DNA from: Candidatus Magasanikiibacteriota bacterium
Lineage (GTDB): Bacteria > Patescibacteriota > Patescibacteriia > Magasanikbacterales > UBA922
Reading direction: 5' to 3'
DNA: 64,000 bases
Assembly (NCBI GenBank): GCA_003518365.1
Contig: DOYU01000021.1
Coordinates: 492-64,491 of the forward strand
Below are positions 26,494-35,155 of this stretch, in pieces. Each line of letters begins with the position of its first letter. Position 1 is the stretch's first letter. The notes under the pieces are model-generated. The model saw nothing but the letters and a program-made list of their open reading frames with translations, was not told the origin of the DNA and did no database searches. Made by a program: the position numbers and the translations under genes.

Positions 26494-27987
26494 ATGCACC
26501 TCACAAAAACCGACTATCTCGAATATACCTTTTGCAAAAAGAACCTTTGGCTCAAAAAACATAAGCCAGAGCTTTTTGAAGATGTAGAATTGTCGGAATT
26601 TGAAAAAAAAATTATTGAGGAAGGGAATTTGGCTGATGAGGCTGCAAGAAATTTATTTCCTGATGGAGAATTGATCGGTATCGTCGGAGTAAATGCTATA
26701 CCTGTTACAAAAAAGATACTGGAGAAAAACCCACCAGTATTATTTCAAGGTGCATTTTCATTCAATGACTTTTTTGTTCAAGCGGATATTTTACGTTACA
26801 ACGACATTTTAAAGGGTTGGGAACTTTACGAAGTAAAAGCAACAAATGATGTAAAACGAGAAATCCCTCATCACCATATCAACGACCTTGCGTTTCAAAA
26901 AATTGTAATTGAACAAAATGGGATACACATTATAAAAGCAGGCGTTATTCACCTTAACGGCGAATATAGACAACGAGGCAAAGTAAACTATAACGAACTG
27001 TTCATCATTGCCGAGCTTACTGATGAAGTACTAGAAGCGGAAGAACTTGTACGTGGGCAGATGCGTGATATTCACACATATATGGACATGGCAGAAGAAA
27101 AAAATTGTGAATGTTTGTATCGAGGTAGAAATGCACAATGTACAACGTTCGCTTACTCTAATCCTGAAGTGCCTGAATACTCTGTTCACGATATCAATAG
27201 AATTGGCGGAAGCAAAAAACTGTTTTTTGACTGGATAGATAGAGGGATCTACCGGCTCGAAGATATAGATAACCCAGAAAATCTTACAGGATCAAAAAAG
27301 GCACAATATACTGCGTACATAACAGGTAAGCCTCTCATAGACAAAGAAGCAATACAAAAAGAACTTGGTGAATTGGTTTTTCCTCTCCAATTTTTTGATT
27401 ACGAAGGATATTCTAGTGCTATCCCCAGCTTTAACGGCTTCGGTGCGTATGAACAAGTGCCTTTTCAATATTCACTACATACGCTCCATGAAGACGGAAC
27501 GCTTGAACACCGAGAATATCTCATCACAGAGCCAGAGAATGATTTGACTTTGCCATTGGTAGAAAGAATGAAAGAAGACTTTGATGATGTTGGTACTGTC
27601 ATATCTTGGTACAAATCATACGAATCACAACGAAACGACAAACTAGCAGAACTTCATCCAAATCATGCAGACTTTCTTATTGGCCTCAATGACAGAATGT
27701 TTGACCTCATGACAATGTTTTCCAAAAATTATTATGTGGATGCACGGTTCAAAGGGAGTGCAAGCATAAAAAATGTTCTGCCGGTCATTGTACCGGAATT
27801 AACGTACAAAGTACTTGGTATTCAAAAAGGAGATCAAGCAGTAGAACGTTGGGAAAAAATGATATTTGCAGATATTCATCCAGATGAAAAGAAAGAAATA
27901 AAAAAAGATTTGCTTGAGTATTGCAAATTGGATACTTTGGCGATGGTGAGGATTTGGGAGTTTCTAATGAAAATAAAAAATGTATGA
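26494..27987 (+). CDS. DUF2779 family protein (N-terminal PD-(D/E)xK/Cas4-like nuclease, C-terminal DUF2779)
   Basis: MHLTKTDYLEYTFCKKNLWLKKHKPE...FPDG, ELYEVKA (ExK), and FFDYEGYSSAIPSFNGFGAYEQVPFQYSLH, the DUF2779 hallmark. Confidence 0.75.
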   Translation: MHLTKTDYLEYTFCKKNLWLKKHKPELFEDVELSEFEKKIIEEGNLADEAARNLFPDGELIGIVGVNAIPVTKKILEKNPPVLFQGAFSFNDFFVQADILRYNDILKGWELYEVKATNDVKREIPHHHINDLAFQKIVIEQNGIHIIKAGVIHLNGEYRQRGKVNYNELFIIAELTDEVLEAEELVRGQMRDIHTYMDMAEEKNCECLYRGRNAQCTTFAYSNPEVPEYSVHDINRIGGSKKLFFDWIDRGIYRLEDIDNPENLTGSKKAQYTAYITGKPLIDKEAIQKELGELVFPLQFFDYEGYSSAIPSFNGFGAYEQVPFQYSLHTLHEDGTLEHREYLITEPENDLTLPLVERMKEDFDDVGTVISWYKSYESQRNDKLAELHPNHADFLIGLNDRMFDLMTMFSKNYYVDARFKGSASIKNVLPVIVPELTYKVLGIQKGDQAVERWEKMIFADIHPDEKKEIKKDLLEYCKLDTLAMVRIWEFLMKIKNV

Positions 27988-29219
27988 ATATGCACAGCCC
28001 TCTTTCTTCAATTCAACAACTACAATCAATATTAAGTAGTCCTTCGAAAAAAATCGGATTCCTTTTTGGGGCTGGAATTTCAATGGAAAAAAAAGATAAG
28101 AGTGATTTGGTGGTAGGAACTGATGACAAAAAAGATGAGAACGGTAATGTAATAAAAGAAGGAATGACAAGTCTCGCAATTAAAAATTTATCAGAGGAAC
28201 AAAAAAAAGCTGTAGATTTAATAAAGAATGAGGTTGAAACAGAAAATAAAAAATTTAACATCGAAAGTCTCTTATCAAAAATTTCTGAAAAAGAAAGAGC
28301 TGTTGGCGATCAAGAGCTTTGTGGTTTAACAAAAGAAAAATTATTAAATTTGAGAAAGGATATACAGGATAAAATAAGAGATTTGGTTTCCGTACATAGG
28401 GTGGATGATAAAGAAATTGATATTGAGGCATTAAATCACAGCACATTTGCTCAATGGATTAGTAATGCTGATAGAGAATTCTCAGTAGAAATTTTTACAA
28501 CAAATTACGATTATCTACTAGAACTAGCACTTGAAAAACAAGGAATTCCCTATTTCGATGGTTTTGTGGGTAGTTATGAAGCATTTTTTTGCCCTGAATG
28601 GATTGAAGATGACACGCCTGTCAAAAATTGGGTAAAGCTATGGAAATTACATGGTTCACTTGGTTGGGCACAGAATAGTAAAAAAGAAATAATTAGAACA
28701 TCTGGTAATACCGGTGCGGCGATGATATACCCTTCATTTTTGAAATATGACCATTCCAAAAAACAGCCATACTTGAGCTATATGGATAGATTGTCCGATT
28801 TTTTAAAGCAAGAAGATTCTGTCTTATTTGTTTGTGGTTATTCATTTGGAGATGAACATATAAATGAAATAATTTTGACAGCACTTACGCACTCTCGCTC
28901 ATCACATGTATTTGTGTTGAAAAATGGAGAAATGGAAAAATCTAGCCATCTTTCAAAAGAAATTGCACAAAAAAATTCTAGAATTTCAGTTTATGCAAAA
29001 CGTACCTGTATTATTGGAGGTAAATTTGGAGAATGGAAGCTCGATAGAGAACCAGACAGAAATGAATCCTACAACATATTAGATTATGCTTTTGATGAAG
29101 ACGCTACACCTGATGGAGTACCATGGACAGGAAGAGGTGATTTTCGTCTTGGAGACTTTAAAAAATTTACGGAGTTTTTAGAGCTTTTCTACCATAATTC
29201 GAGATATATCAATAAATGA
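27984..29219 (+). CDS. SIR2-like (SIR2_2) NAD-binding defence protein
   Basis: IGFLFGAGIS, FTTNYDYLLE, KLHGS and CGYSFGDEHIN. The start ATG 27984 overlaps the DUF2779 stop codon (ATGA). Confidence 0.8.
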   Translation: MNMHSPLSSIQQLQSILSSPSKKIGFLFGAGISMEKKDKSDLVVGTDDKKDENGNVIKEGMTSLAIKNLSEEQKKAVDLIKNEVETENKKFNIESLLSKISEKERAVGDQELCGLTKEKLLNLRKDIQDKIRDLVSVHRVDDKEIDIEALNHSTFAQWISNADREFSVEIFTTNYDYLLELALEKQGIPYFDGFVGSYEAFFCPEWIEDDTPVKNWVKLWKLHGSLGWAQNSKKEIIRTSGNTGAAMIYPSFLKYDHSKKQPYLSYMDRLSDFLKQEDSVLFVCGYSFGDEHINEIILTALTHSRSSHVFVLKNGEMEKSSHLSKEIAQKNSRISVYAKRTCIIGGKFGEWKLDREPDRNESYNILDYAFDEDATPDGVPWTGRGDFRLGDFKKFTEFLELFYHNSRYINK

Positions 29220-29220
29220 C

Positions 29221-30999
29221 ATGAGAAATAAAGAGACATTTATAGGTAAAGTGAGAAGTGTCACAGGTAGTACGCTTGCTATTGAGTTACACGAAGATAT
29301 TAGATCAACGTTACCTATTATTGATGGGATATTATATAGAATTGGACAAATTGGTTCTTTTATAAGAATTCCTTTTGGTTATGTTGATTTATATGGAGTA
29401 ATTACACAAGCTGGATCAGACGCTATACCAGAAAAATTAGCGGAGCAAGAGGGTTTGAAAGGATCTCGCTGGATTAAGGCTACTCTTATTGGAGAAAGGG
29501 TCGGTAATAGATTTGAAAGAGGGGTGTTGCAATTTCCTATTGCTGATGACGAAGTTCATTTGGTCACGAAGGATGATTTGGAATTGATATATGGTGGAAT
29601 TGATGAATCAAAGTCAATAGTAGTTGGACAGGTCAGTGCCTCTGAAAATCTGTCAGCAAGAATAGATATAGACAGATTAATTAATAGACATTGCGCCATA
29701 CTTGGCTCTACAGGAAGTGGAAAATCAAATACAGTTTCTGTAATACTAGAAGCAATTGCTTCTAGACATCATGATGATGAAAATATAAAAAGTACGAGAA
29801 TTCTTTTGGTCGACCCTCATGGTGAGTATGGCGATATTTTAAAAAATTATAGTCAAATATTTAAGTTAGGAGCAGACTTGTCAAAAGGAGAAAAAGAACT
29901 AGTTGTTCCATATTGGGCTTTACCTTTTCAAGAATTTATAAAAAGTTTTCCAGGTAATCTAACTGAAAAGCAGGAAGAGTACATACGTGAAGAAATTCTA
30001 CAAAGAAAGATTAAGGCTTCTAAAAAATTAAATCCTATTCCACAAGAGGAGGCAATTACAGCTGATAGCCCTATCCCTTTCAGTATTAAACAACTATGGT
30101 TTGACCTTATTGATATAGAGCAAAAAACTTTTAATAACAAGGAGTTAACCGAAGTCGCACTCGAATCACTAGGCGATCCTGAGGCACTTAAGCCTAACAA
30201 ATACTCCATAGCGTCAACAAATAATACAGCCCCTTTCAGTAATAACAGGGTTGCGCAGGGTATTTCAAGTTTTTTAAACTTAATGCGGAATAGAATTTTA
30301 GATCAAAGATTTAAGTTTTTATTCAAACTAGACACGCTCTCTCCTGGTATTGACGGAACTATTTCAAGTGATTTAGACAGTCTCATTGAAAGTTGGATTG
30401 GGACAGAGAAACCAATAACTATTTTAGACCTATCGAGTATACCCTCTGAAATCATGGGTTCAATTTCTGGTTCTTTGCTTTCAATAATTTATGAATTTCT
30501 ATATTGGGGACAGAATGAAGATGTGGGAGGTCGCCAAACACCTATTCTGTTTGTACTAGAAGAGGCACATAATTATCTAAAGTCAGGCGAGAATTCTATT
30601 GCCTCAAGAACTGTACAAAAAATTGCAAAAGAGGGTAGAAAATATGGTTCAGGTTTACTACTCGTAACCCAACGACCTTCTGAACTGGATGATACTGTTT
30701 TGAGTCAATGTGGTTCAGTTATCGCGTTGAGAATGACAAATTCTAGCGATAGAGGCCACGTAAAGAGTGCTGTCGAGGATTCCCTAAACGAGTTAGTTGA
30801 TTTGCTTCCGAGCCTAAGAACAGGTGAAGGTTTAATTATGGGTGAATGTGTAAAATTACCTATGCGAACTAAATTTTCTAAAACTAGGGAATCTAAAAGT
30901 ACAGACCCACTTGTTTCTAAGCAGTGGAAAACAACTCTTCCAGAATCCTCTAACTATAATAAAGTTTTAGAAAATTGGAGAAATAATAAATTTTCTTAA
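29221..30999 (+). CDS. HerA-like (DUF87) FtsK/HerA-clade ATPase
   Basis: Walker A ILGSTGSGKSNT, Walker B ILFVLEEAHNYL, GRKYGSGLLLVTQRPSEL. It begins 1 nt after the SIR2 stop codon. Confidence 0.85.
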   Translation: MRNKETFIGKVRSVTGSTLAIELHEDIRSTLPIIDGILYRIGQIGSFIRIPFGYVDLYGVITQAGSDAIPEKLAEQEGLKGSRWIKATLIGERVGNRFERGVLQFPIADDEVHLVTKDDLELIYGGIDESKSIVVGQVSASENLSARIDIDRLINRHCAILGSTGSGKSNTVSVILEAIASRHHDDENIKSTRILLVDPHGEYGDILKNYSQIFKLGADLSKGEKELVVPYWALPFQEFIKSFPGNLTEKQEEYIREEILQRKIKASKKLNPIPQEEAITADSPIPFSIKQLWFDLIDIEQKTFNNKELTEVALESLGDPEALKPNKYSIASTNNTAPFSNNRVAQGISSFLNLMRNRILDQRFKFLFKLDTLSPGIDGTISSDLDSLIESWIGTEKPITILDLSSIPSEIMGSISGSLLSIIYEFLYWGQNEDVGGRQTPILFVLEEAHNYLKSGENSIASRTVQKIAKEGRKYGSGLLLVTQRPSELDDTVLSQCGSVIALRMTNSSDRGHVKSAVEDSLNELVDLLPSLRTGEGLIMGECVKLPMRTKFSKTRESKSTDPLVSKQWKTTLPESSNYNKVLENWRNNKFS

Positions 31000-31010
31000 T
31001 TATTAAACAT

Positions 31011-31223
31011 ATGGAAAGAAAACCAGTACAATCATCAAATCTTGCTGCTATTGGATATGATCCTTTGACAGAAACTTTGGAGGTGGAATTCACAGATGGG
31101 TCTGTCTATGAGTATAAGAACGTCTCTCAATTTATATACGATGAGCTGATGAATGCTTCGTCTCATGGTTCTTATTTTAATAGAGAAATCAGTAAAAGTT
31201 TTCCGTATGAGAAAATAGGTTAA
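31011..31223 (+). CDS. KTSC domain protein (70 aa)
   Basis: VQSSNLAAIGYDPLTETLEVEFTDGSVYEYKNV matches the KTSC pattern (SSN...GYD...L.V.F..G..Y.Y..V). Confidence 0.75.
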   Translation: MERKPVQSSNLAAIGYDPLTETLEVEFTDGSVYEYKNVSQFIYDELMNASSHGSYFNREISKSFPYEKIG

Positions 31224-31401
31224 ATATGAAATAGGATTGTTTGAGGGAGGGGCAATTCTCCTTTTTGATTCCCCTCTTCCCCCTCCCCCAAACCAGAAAT
31301 AGAAGTTTTGAATGAATAGAATTAATTGGATACAATTGGACGTAGTTAATATATCCAAAAACCAATAATCTGTTATACTTTCATAGAAGTATCATTCTCA
31401 C

Positions 31402-33249
31402 ATGAAACATTCAACATTCCACTATCATCTATCACGTATGACCCTCCTCTTTCTCATACTGATCCCCATCCTCATCATTATTGTGGGGATGTATGTTTTC
31501 TTTTGGAAAAACGCTGTACCAACAGGAGAACAATTTGTGACCGTATGCTCGGATGAAGATGTGTCGTGCCACCCGACGAATCTCCCGTATCAAGATGCAA
31601 CACTTCCGACTCAGGAACGAGTTGTTGATTTGCTCGGCAGGATGACTCTGGCAGAAAAAATAGGACAAATGGCACTTGTTGAAAAAAATAGTATTAAAAA
31701 CAACAATGACATTGCAACGTATGGACTTGGTGCCATTATGAGTGGTGGTGGAGGAAAACCCACTGACAATAGTCCTACAGGTTGGAAAGACATGATACAG
31801 TCATTTCAAACAAAGAGCCAAACAACACGTCTTCAAATTCCCCTCTTGTATGGCGTGGATGCAAATCATGGACATGGCAATGTACCAGGAGCAACAATTT
31901 TTCCACACGCTATCGGACTTGGCGCGACAAACAACGCGGAACTCGTAAAAAATATTGCAAAAGCAACCGCACAAGAAGCAGAAGCGACTGGCGTTAATTG
32001 GATATTTTCTCCAAATCTTGACGTGACAAACGATGTCAGATGGGGACGAACGTATGAGACGTTTGGTTCAAACACAGAAACCATCGCTAAACTTGGACAA
32101 GCATCTATAGAAGGTATGAACACGGTGCCGACGATGCTTGCGGGCGCAAAACACTTTATCGGGAATGGTGCGACCGAGTGGGGATCATCTGAAAACAAAA
32201 ATTTTTTTATCGACCAAGGCAATGCTTCTGTATCTGAAGAAGAATTGCGAAAGACGCATCTGATACCCTTTATCTCCGCCATTGATGCTGGAGCCAAATC
32301 AATTATGATTGGTCTCAATCAATGGAACAATGAAAAAATTATATTTCACACATATCTTATACAGGATGTATTAAAAGGTAAGCTTGGATTTGACGGATTT
32401 GTCTTCTCAGACTGGTATGGCGTATACGAGGGGGAATCAAATAAATCAACAGCACTCATCAGTGCCATCAATGCTGGCGTAGATATGGTGATGCTTCCCT
32501 ATGATTACACACAATTCTCTCGTATCATGCACCGCGCCGTACAAAATGGCGATATTTCAGAAGCACGGATTGATGATGCTGTGACGAGAATTCTCACGGT
32601 AAAATTTGATAAAGGACTTTTTGATACAACACCAACAAACGTCTCAGACCTCGACATCGTCGGATCAAAAGAACACAAAGATCTTGCACGAATTGCAGTA
32701 CAACAATCTCTGGTGTTGTTAAAAAATAAGAACGTCCTTCCCCTCTCTAAAAAAGTGAATTCCATATTTATAGCAGGATCGAGCGCAGATAATATTGGAA
32801 GACAATCTGGTGGGTGGACAGTAGAGTGGTCTGGTATTGATGGAAATTGGATCCCCGGAACGACGATATTGGAAGGAATAAAAAACACCGTATCCCCTAC
32901 CACGAATATTCAATATGACATGCAGGGATCATTTCCAACACAAACAGAAAAAGCAGATGTTGGTATTGCGATTGTAGGAGAAATGCCGTATGCAGAAGGC
33001 TGGGGAGACAATGCACACCCATCACTTTCTGAAGAAGATATCAATACTATTGAAGCATTGAAAGCACAGAGTAAAAAAATTGTAGTGATTATTGTTTCTG
33101 GTCGTCCGCTTGATATTGCCCCATATATTGACGAGTGGGATGCCGTTGTGGCCGTATGGCTTCCTGGTTCTGAAGGAATGGGAATTGCAGATGTTCTGTT
33201 TGGAGATGTTTCATTCACAGGGAAACTTCCTATTGAGTGGACATGGTAA
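31402..33249 (+). CDS. Glycoside hydrolase family 3 (beta-glucosidase/BglX-like), N-terminal TM anchor
   Basis: LAEKIGQM, GVDANHGHGN, the GFDGFVFSDW nucleophile motif, and a C-terminal alpha/beta sandwich domain. Confidence 0.88.
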   Translation: MKHSTFHYHLSRMTLLFLILIPILIIIVGMYVFFWKNAVPTGEQFVTVCSDEDVSCHPTNLPYQDATLPTQERVVDLLGRMTLAEKIGQMALVEKNSIKNNNDIATYGLGAIMSGGGGKPTDNSPTGWKDMIQSFQTKSQTTRLQIPLLYGVDANHGHGNVPGATIFPHAIGLGATNNAELVKNIAKATAQEAEATGVNWIFSPNLDVTNDVRWGRTYETFGSNTETIAKLGQASIEGMNTVPTMLAGAKHFIGNGATEWGSSENKNFFIDQGNASVSEEELRKTHLIPFISAIDAGAKSIMIGLNQWNNEKIIFHTYLIQDVLKGKLGFDGFVFSDWYGVYEGESNKSTALISAINAGVDMVMLPYDYTQFSRIMHRAVQNGDISEARIDDAVTRILTVKFDKGLFDTTPTNVSDLDIVGSKEHKDLARIAVQQSLVLLKNKNVLPLSKKVNSIFIAGSSADNIGRQSGGWTVEWSGIDGNWIPGTTILEGIKNTVSPTTNIQYDMQGSFPTQTEKADVGIAIVGEMPYAEGWGDNAHPSLSEEDINTIEALKAQSKKIVVIIVSGRPLDIAPYIDEWDAVVAVWLPGSEGMGIADVLFGDVSFTGKLPIEWTW

Positions 33250-33262
33250 ACAGTGTTTTTCT

Positions 33263-33793
33263 ATGCCAACAATAACTTTCAAAACAACACTCCTCACCAT
33301 TGGCTCATGGACTATTCTTCGATTGCCAAAACAGGCAAGCGCGAAACTCCCCTCTCGCGGCATGTGTATGGTGGAAGGAAAAATCAATGATGTGCCATTT
33401 CAGACACCACTCGAACCAGATGGTGAAGGTAGTCATTGGTTTCGTGTCGATGCCACACTGGCAAAGAAAGCTGGTGTGCATGCAGGTGACACCGTCACAC
33501 TCGCAATCGAACCAATGAAAGAATGGCCAAACCCAACGGTGCCAGCAGATCTAAAAAAAGCACTTGCTACGAATAAAAAGGTTGCGCAAGTGTGGGAAGA
33601 CATCACACCAATCGCGCGCTGGGACTGGATCAGATGGATCCGTTCGACAAACAATGCCGACACACGAAAAAAACGCATCGACGTGGCATGCTCGAAAATG
33701 ACAAGTGGCATGAAGAGACCGTGCTGCTTTAACCGCAGCATGTGCACCGAACCGAAGGTGTCGAAAAGCGGTGTGCTACTCGACATAAAGTAA
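33263..33793 (+). CDS. DUF1905 plus YdeI/OmpD-associated domain protein
   Basis: VEGKINDVPFQTPLEPDGEGSHWFRV (DUF1905) and WDWIRWIRSTNNADTRKKRI (YdeI-like). Start set at ATG 33263. Confidence 0.7.
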   Translation: MPTITFKTTLLTIGSWTILRLPKQASAKLPSRGMCMVEGKINDVPFQTPLEPDGEGSHWFRVDATLAKKAGVHAGDTVTLAIEPMKEWPNPTVPADLKKALATNKKVAQVWEDITPIARWDWIRWIRSTNNADTRKKRIDVACSKMTSGMKRPCCFNRSMCTEPKVSKSGVLLDIK

Positions 33794-33796
33794 TGC

Positions 33797-33825
33797 TTGA
33801 CTTTTGCCAAGCACTTCGATAGAGT
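33797..33825 (+). promoter_or_regulatory. Candidate promoter for the proABC operon (TTGACT-17-TAGAGT)
   Basis: TTGACT 33797-33802, 17-nt spacer, TAGAGT 33820-33825. Confidence 0.45.
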
Positions 33826-33834
33826 ATATTCACT

Positions 33835-33897
33835 ATGAATCGACGAGCATACACAACATTTGTACCGCCAACCTACACTTCTCCCCCGGGTGTATAG
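33835..33897 (+). promoter_or_regulatory. Candidate leader peptide MNRRAYTTFVPPTYTSPPGV (4 Pro in 20 aa, as two PP pairs)
   Basis: My own translation. The ATG is about 3 nt from the predicted transcription start, so the mRNA would be leaderless or nearly so. The ORF ends 26 nt before a terminator hairpin that precedes proA. Confidence 0.3.
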
Positions 33898-33922
33898 ATA
33901 TTTTTGTATCAAACTGTTACTA

Positions 33923-33945
33923 AGCACCCGATCGGGTGCTTTTTC
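33923..33945 (+). terminator. Intrinsic terminator inside the proA leader (candidate attenuator)
   Basis: AGCACCC-GATC-GGGTGCT followed by TTTTT, 22 nt upstream of the proA ATG. Leader segment CGGGTGT (33887-33893) can alternatively pair with GCACCCG (33924-33930). Confidence 0.5.
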
Positions 33946-33966
33946 TTACTTCTCTTATATTCATCT

Positions 33967-35148
33967 ATGAAGACTGAACAAAAAAACAATGTCCTCACCT
34001 CCCTCGCCACATTACTCCGAGAGCAAACGGATGCCATCTTACACGCCAATACACAGGATCTCGACAATGCGTCTGATATGGATACAGCATTGCGCGAGAG
34101 ATTGGCACTCGATGCTACAAAAATTCAAAGCATGATTACGTCGATTCACACCATTCTGACACTGCCAGATCCTGAACAAAAAATCATTTCTGCATACACG
34201 CATGACAATGGCCTCGTGATAAAAAATATGACTGTGACTTTTGGCACGATCTTGATTATCTATGAATCACGTCCGGATGTGACGATAGAGGCATCCGCGC
34301 TCGCCTTCAAAGCAGGCAACACGGTACTGCTGAAAGGTGGAAAAGAATCTCTCCATACCAATCTCGCTCTCATCGATCTCTGGCACAAAGCATTGTCTAT
34401 ACATGATATTGATACGTCATATGTAACATATCTCGATATGGACAGAGATGACACGCAATCACTCATTGCAAACAACACACATGATGTTGATCTCATCATT
34501 CCACGCGGCGGCGAAGGGTTGATTTCGTTTGTAGAAACACATGCAAGCGTGCCAGTCCTCGTGAGTGGGCGCGGCAACAATTTTCTCTATCTTGATAGTG
34601 ACGCGGATATCGACATGGCAATTGATATTATAAAAAACGGAAAATCGCGCATAAGCGTGTGCAATGCACTTGATAAAGTATTGATCAATGAGCAGGTGTC
34701 TGACGAACATATCCGCATGATCACATCCACAGTGCATGATGCTGGCATTGCGCTCCTCGGCGACGAACACATTGTAGCAATTGATGAACGCGTGATGCGC
34801 GTCGAAGATATGGAAGCAATTCTCAAAAAAGAATTTCTTTCTGCGACGCTCTTTCTTCACGTGGTAGACACTCTCGACACAGCAATATATATGATCAATA
34901 CCTATTCTGGCGGACATTCAGCAAGCATCGTCTCAAACAATGCTGCACACGCGGACACATTTCAACAGCAGGTTGACTGTGCTGCCGTCTATCACAATGC
35001 ATCATCGCGTTTTACGGATGGCGGACAATTTGGACTTGGTGGAGAAATCGCAATCAGTACTCAAAAGCTCCACTGTCGTGGTCCCATCGGACTCGATAGT
35101 CTTGTGACAAATAAATGGTTCATCACTGGAACCGGACAAATTAGATAA
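33967..35148 (+). CDS. proA: Gamma-glutamyl phosphate reductase
   Basis: IYESRPDVT, GNTVLLKGGKES, IPRGG and YHNASSRFTDGGQFGLG. Start set at ATG 33967. Confidence 0.9.
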   Translation: MKTEQKNNVLTSLATLLREQTDAILHANTQDLDNASDMDTALRERLALDATKIQSMITSIHTILTLPDPEQKIISAYTHDNGLVIKNMTVTFGTILIIYESRPDVTIEASALAFKAGNTVLLKGGKESLHTNLALIDLWHKALSIHDIDTSYVTYLDMDRDDTQSLIANNTHDVDLIIPRGGEGLISFVETHASVPVLVSGRGNNFLYLDSDADIDMAIDIIKNGKSRISVCNALDKVLINEQVSDEHIRMITSTVHDAGIALLGDEHIVAIDERVMRVEDMEAILKKEFLSATLFLHVVDTLDTAIYMINTYSGGHSASIVSNNAAHADTFQQQVDCAAVYHNASSRFTDGGQFGLGGEIAISTQKLHCRGPIGLDSLVTNKWFITGTGQIR

Positions 35149-35155
35149 CCGTATT

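Noticed and set aside
31224-31400. Search for a direct repeat of the tRNA-Trp 3' end (GGTTCGATTCCTACTGCGCC) marking an att site at the distal island border
   Set aside because: I could not find any convincing match by eye here or at 21974-22176, so I make no integrative-element call. A computational repeat search would be needed to be sure.
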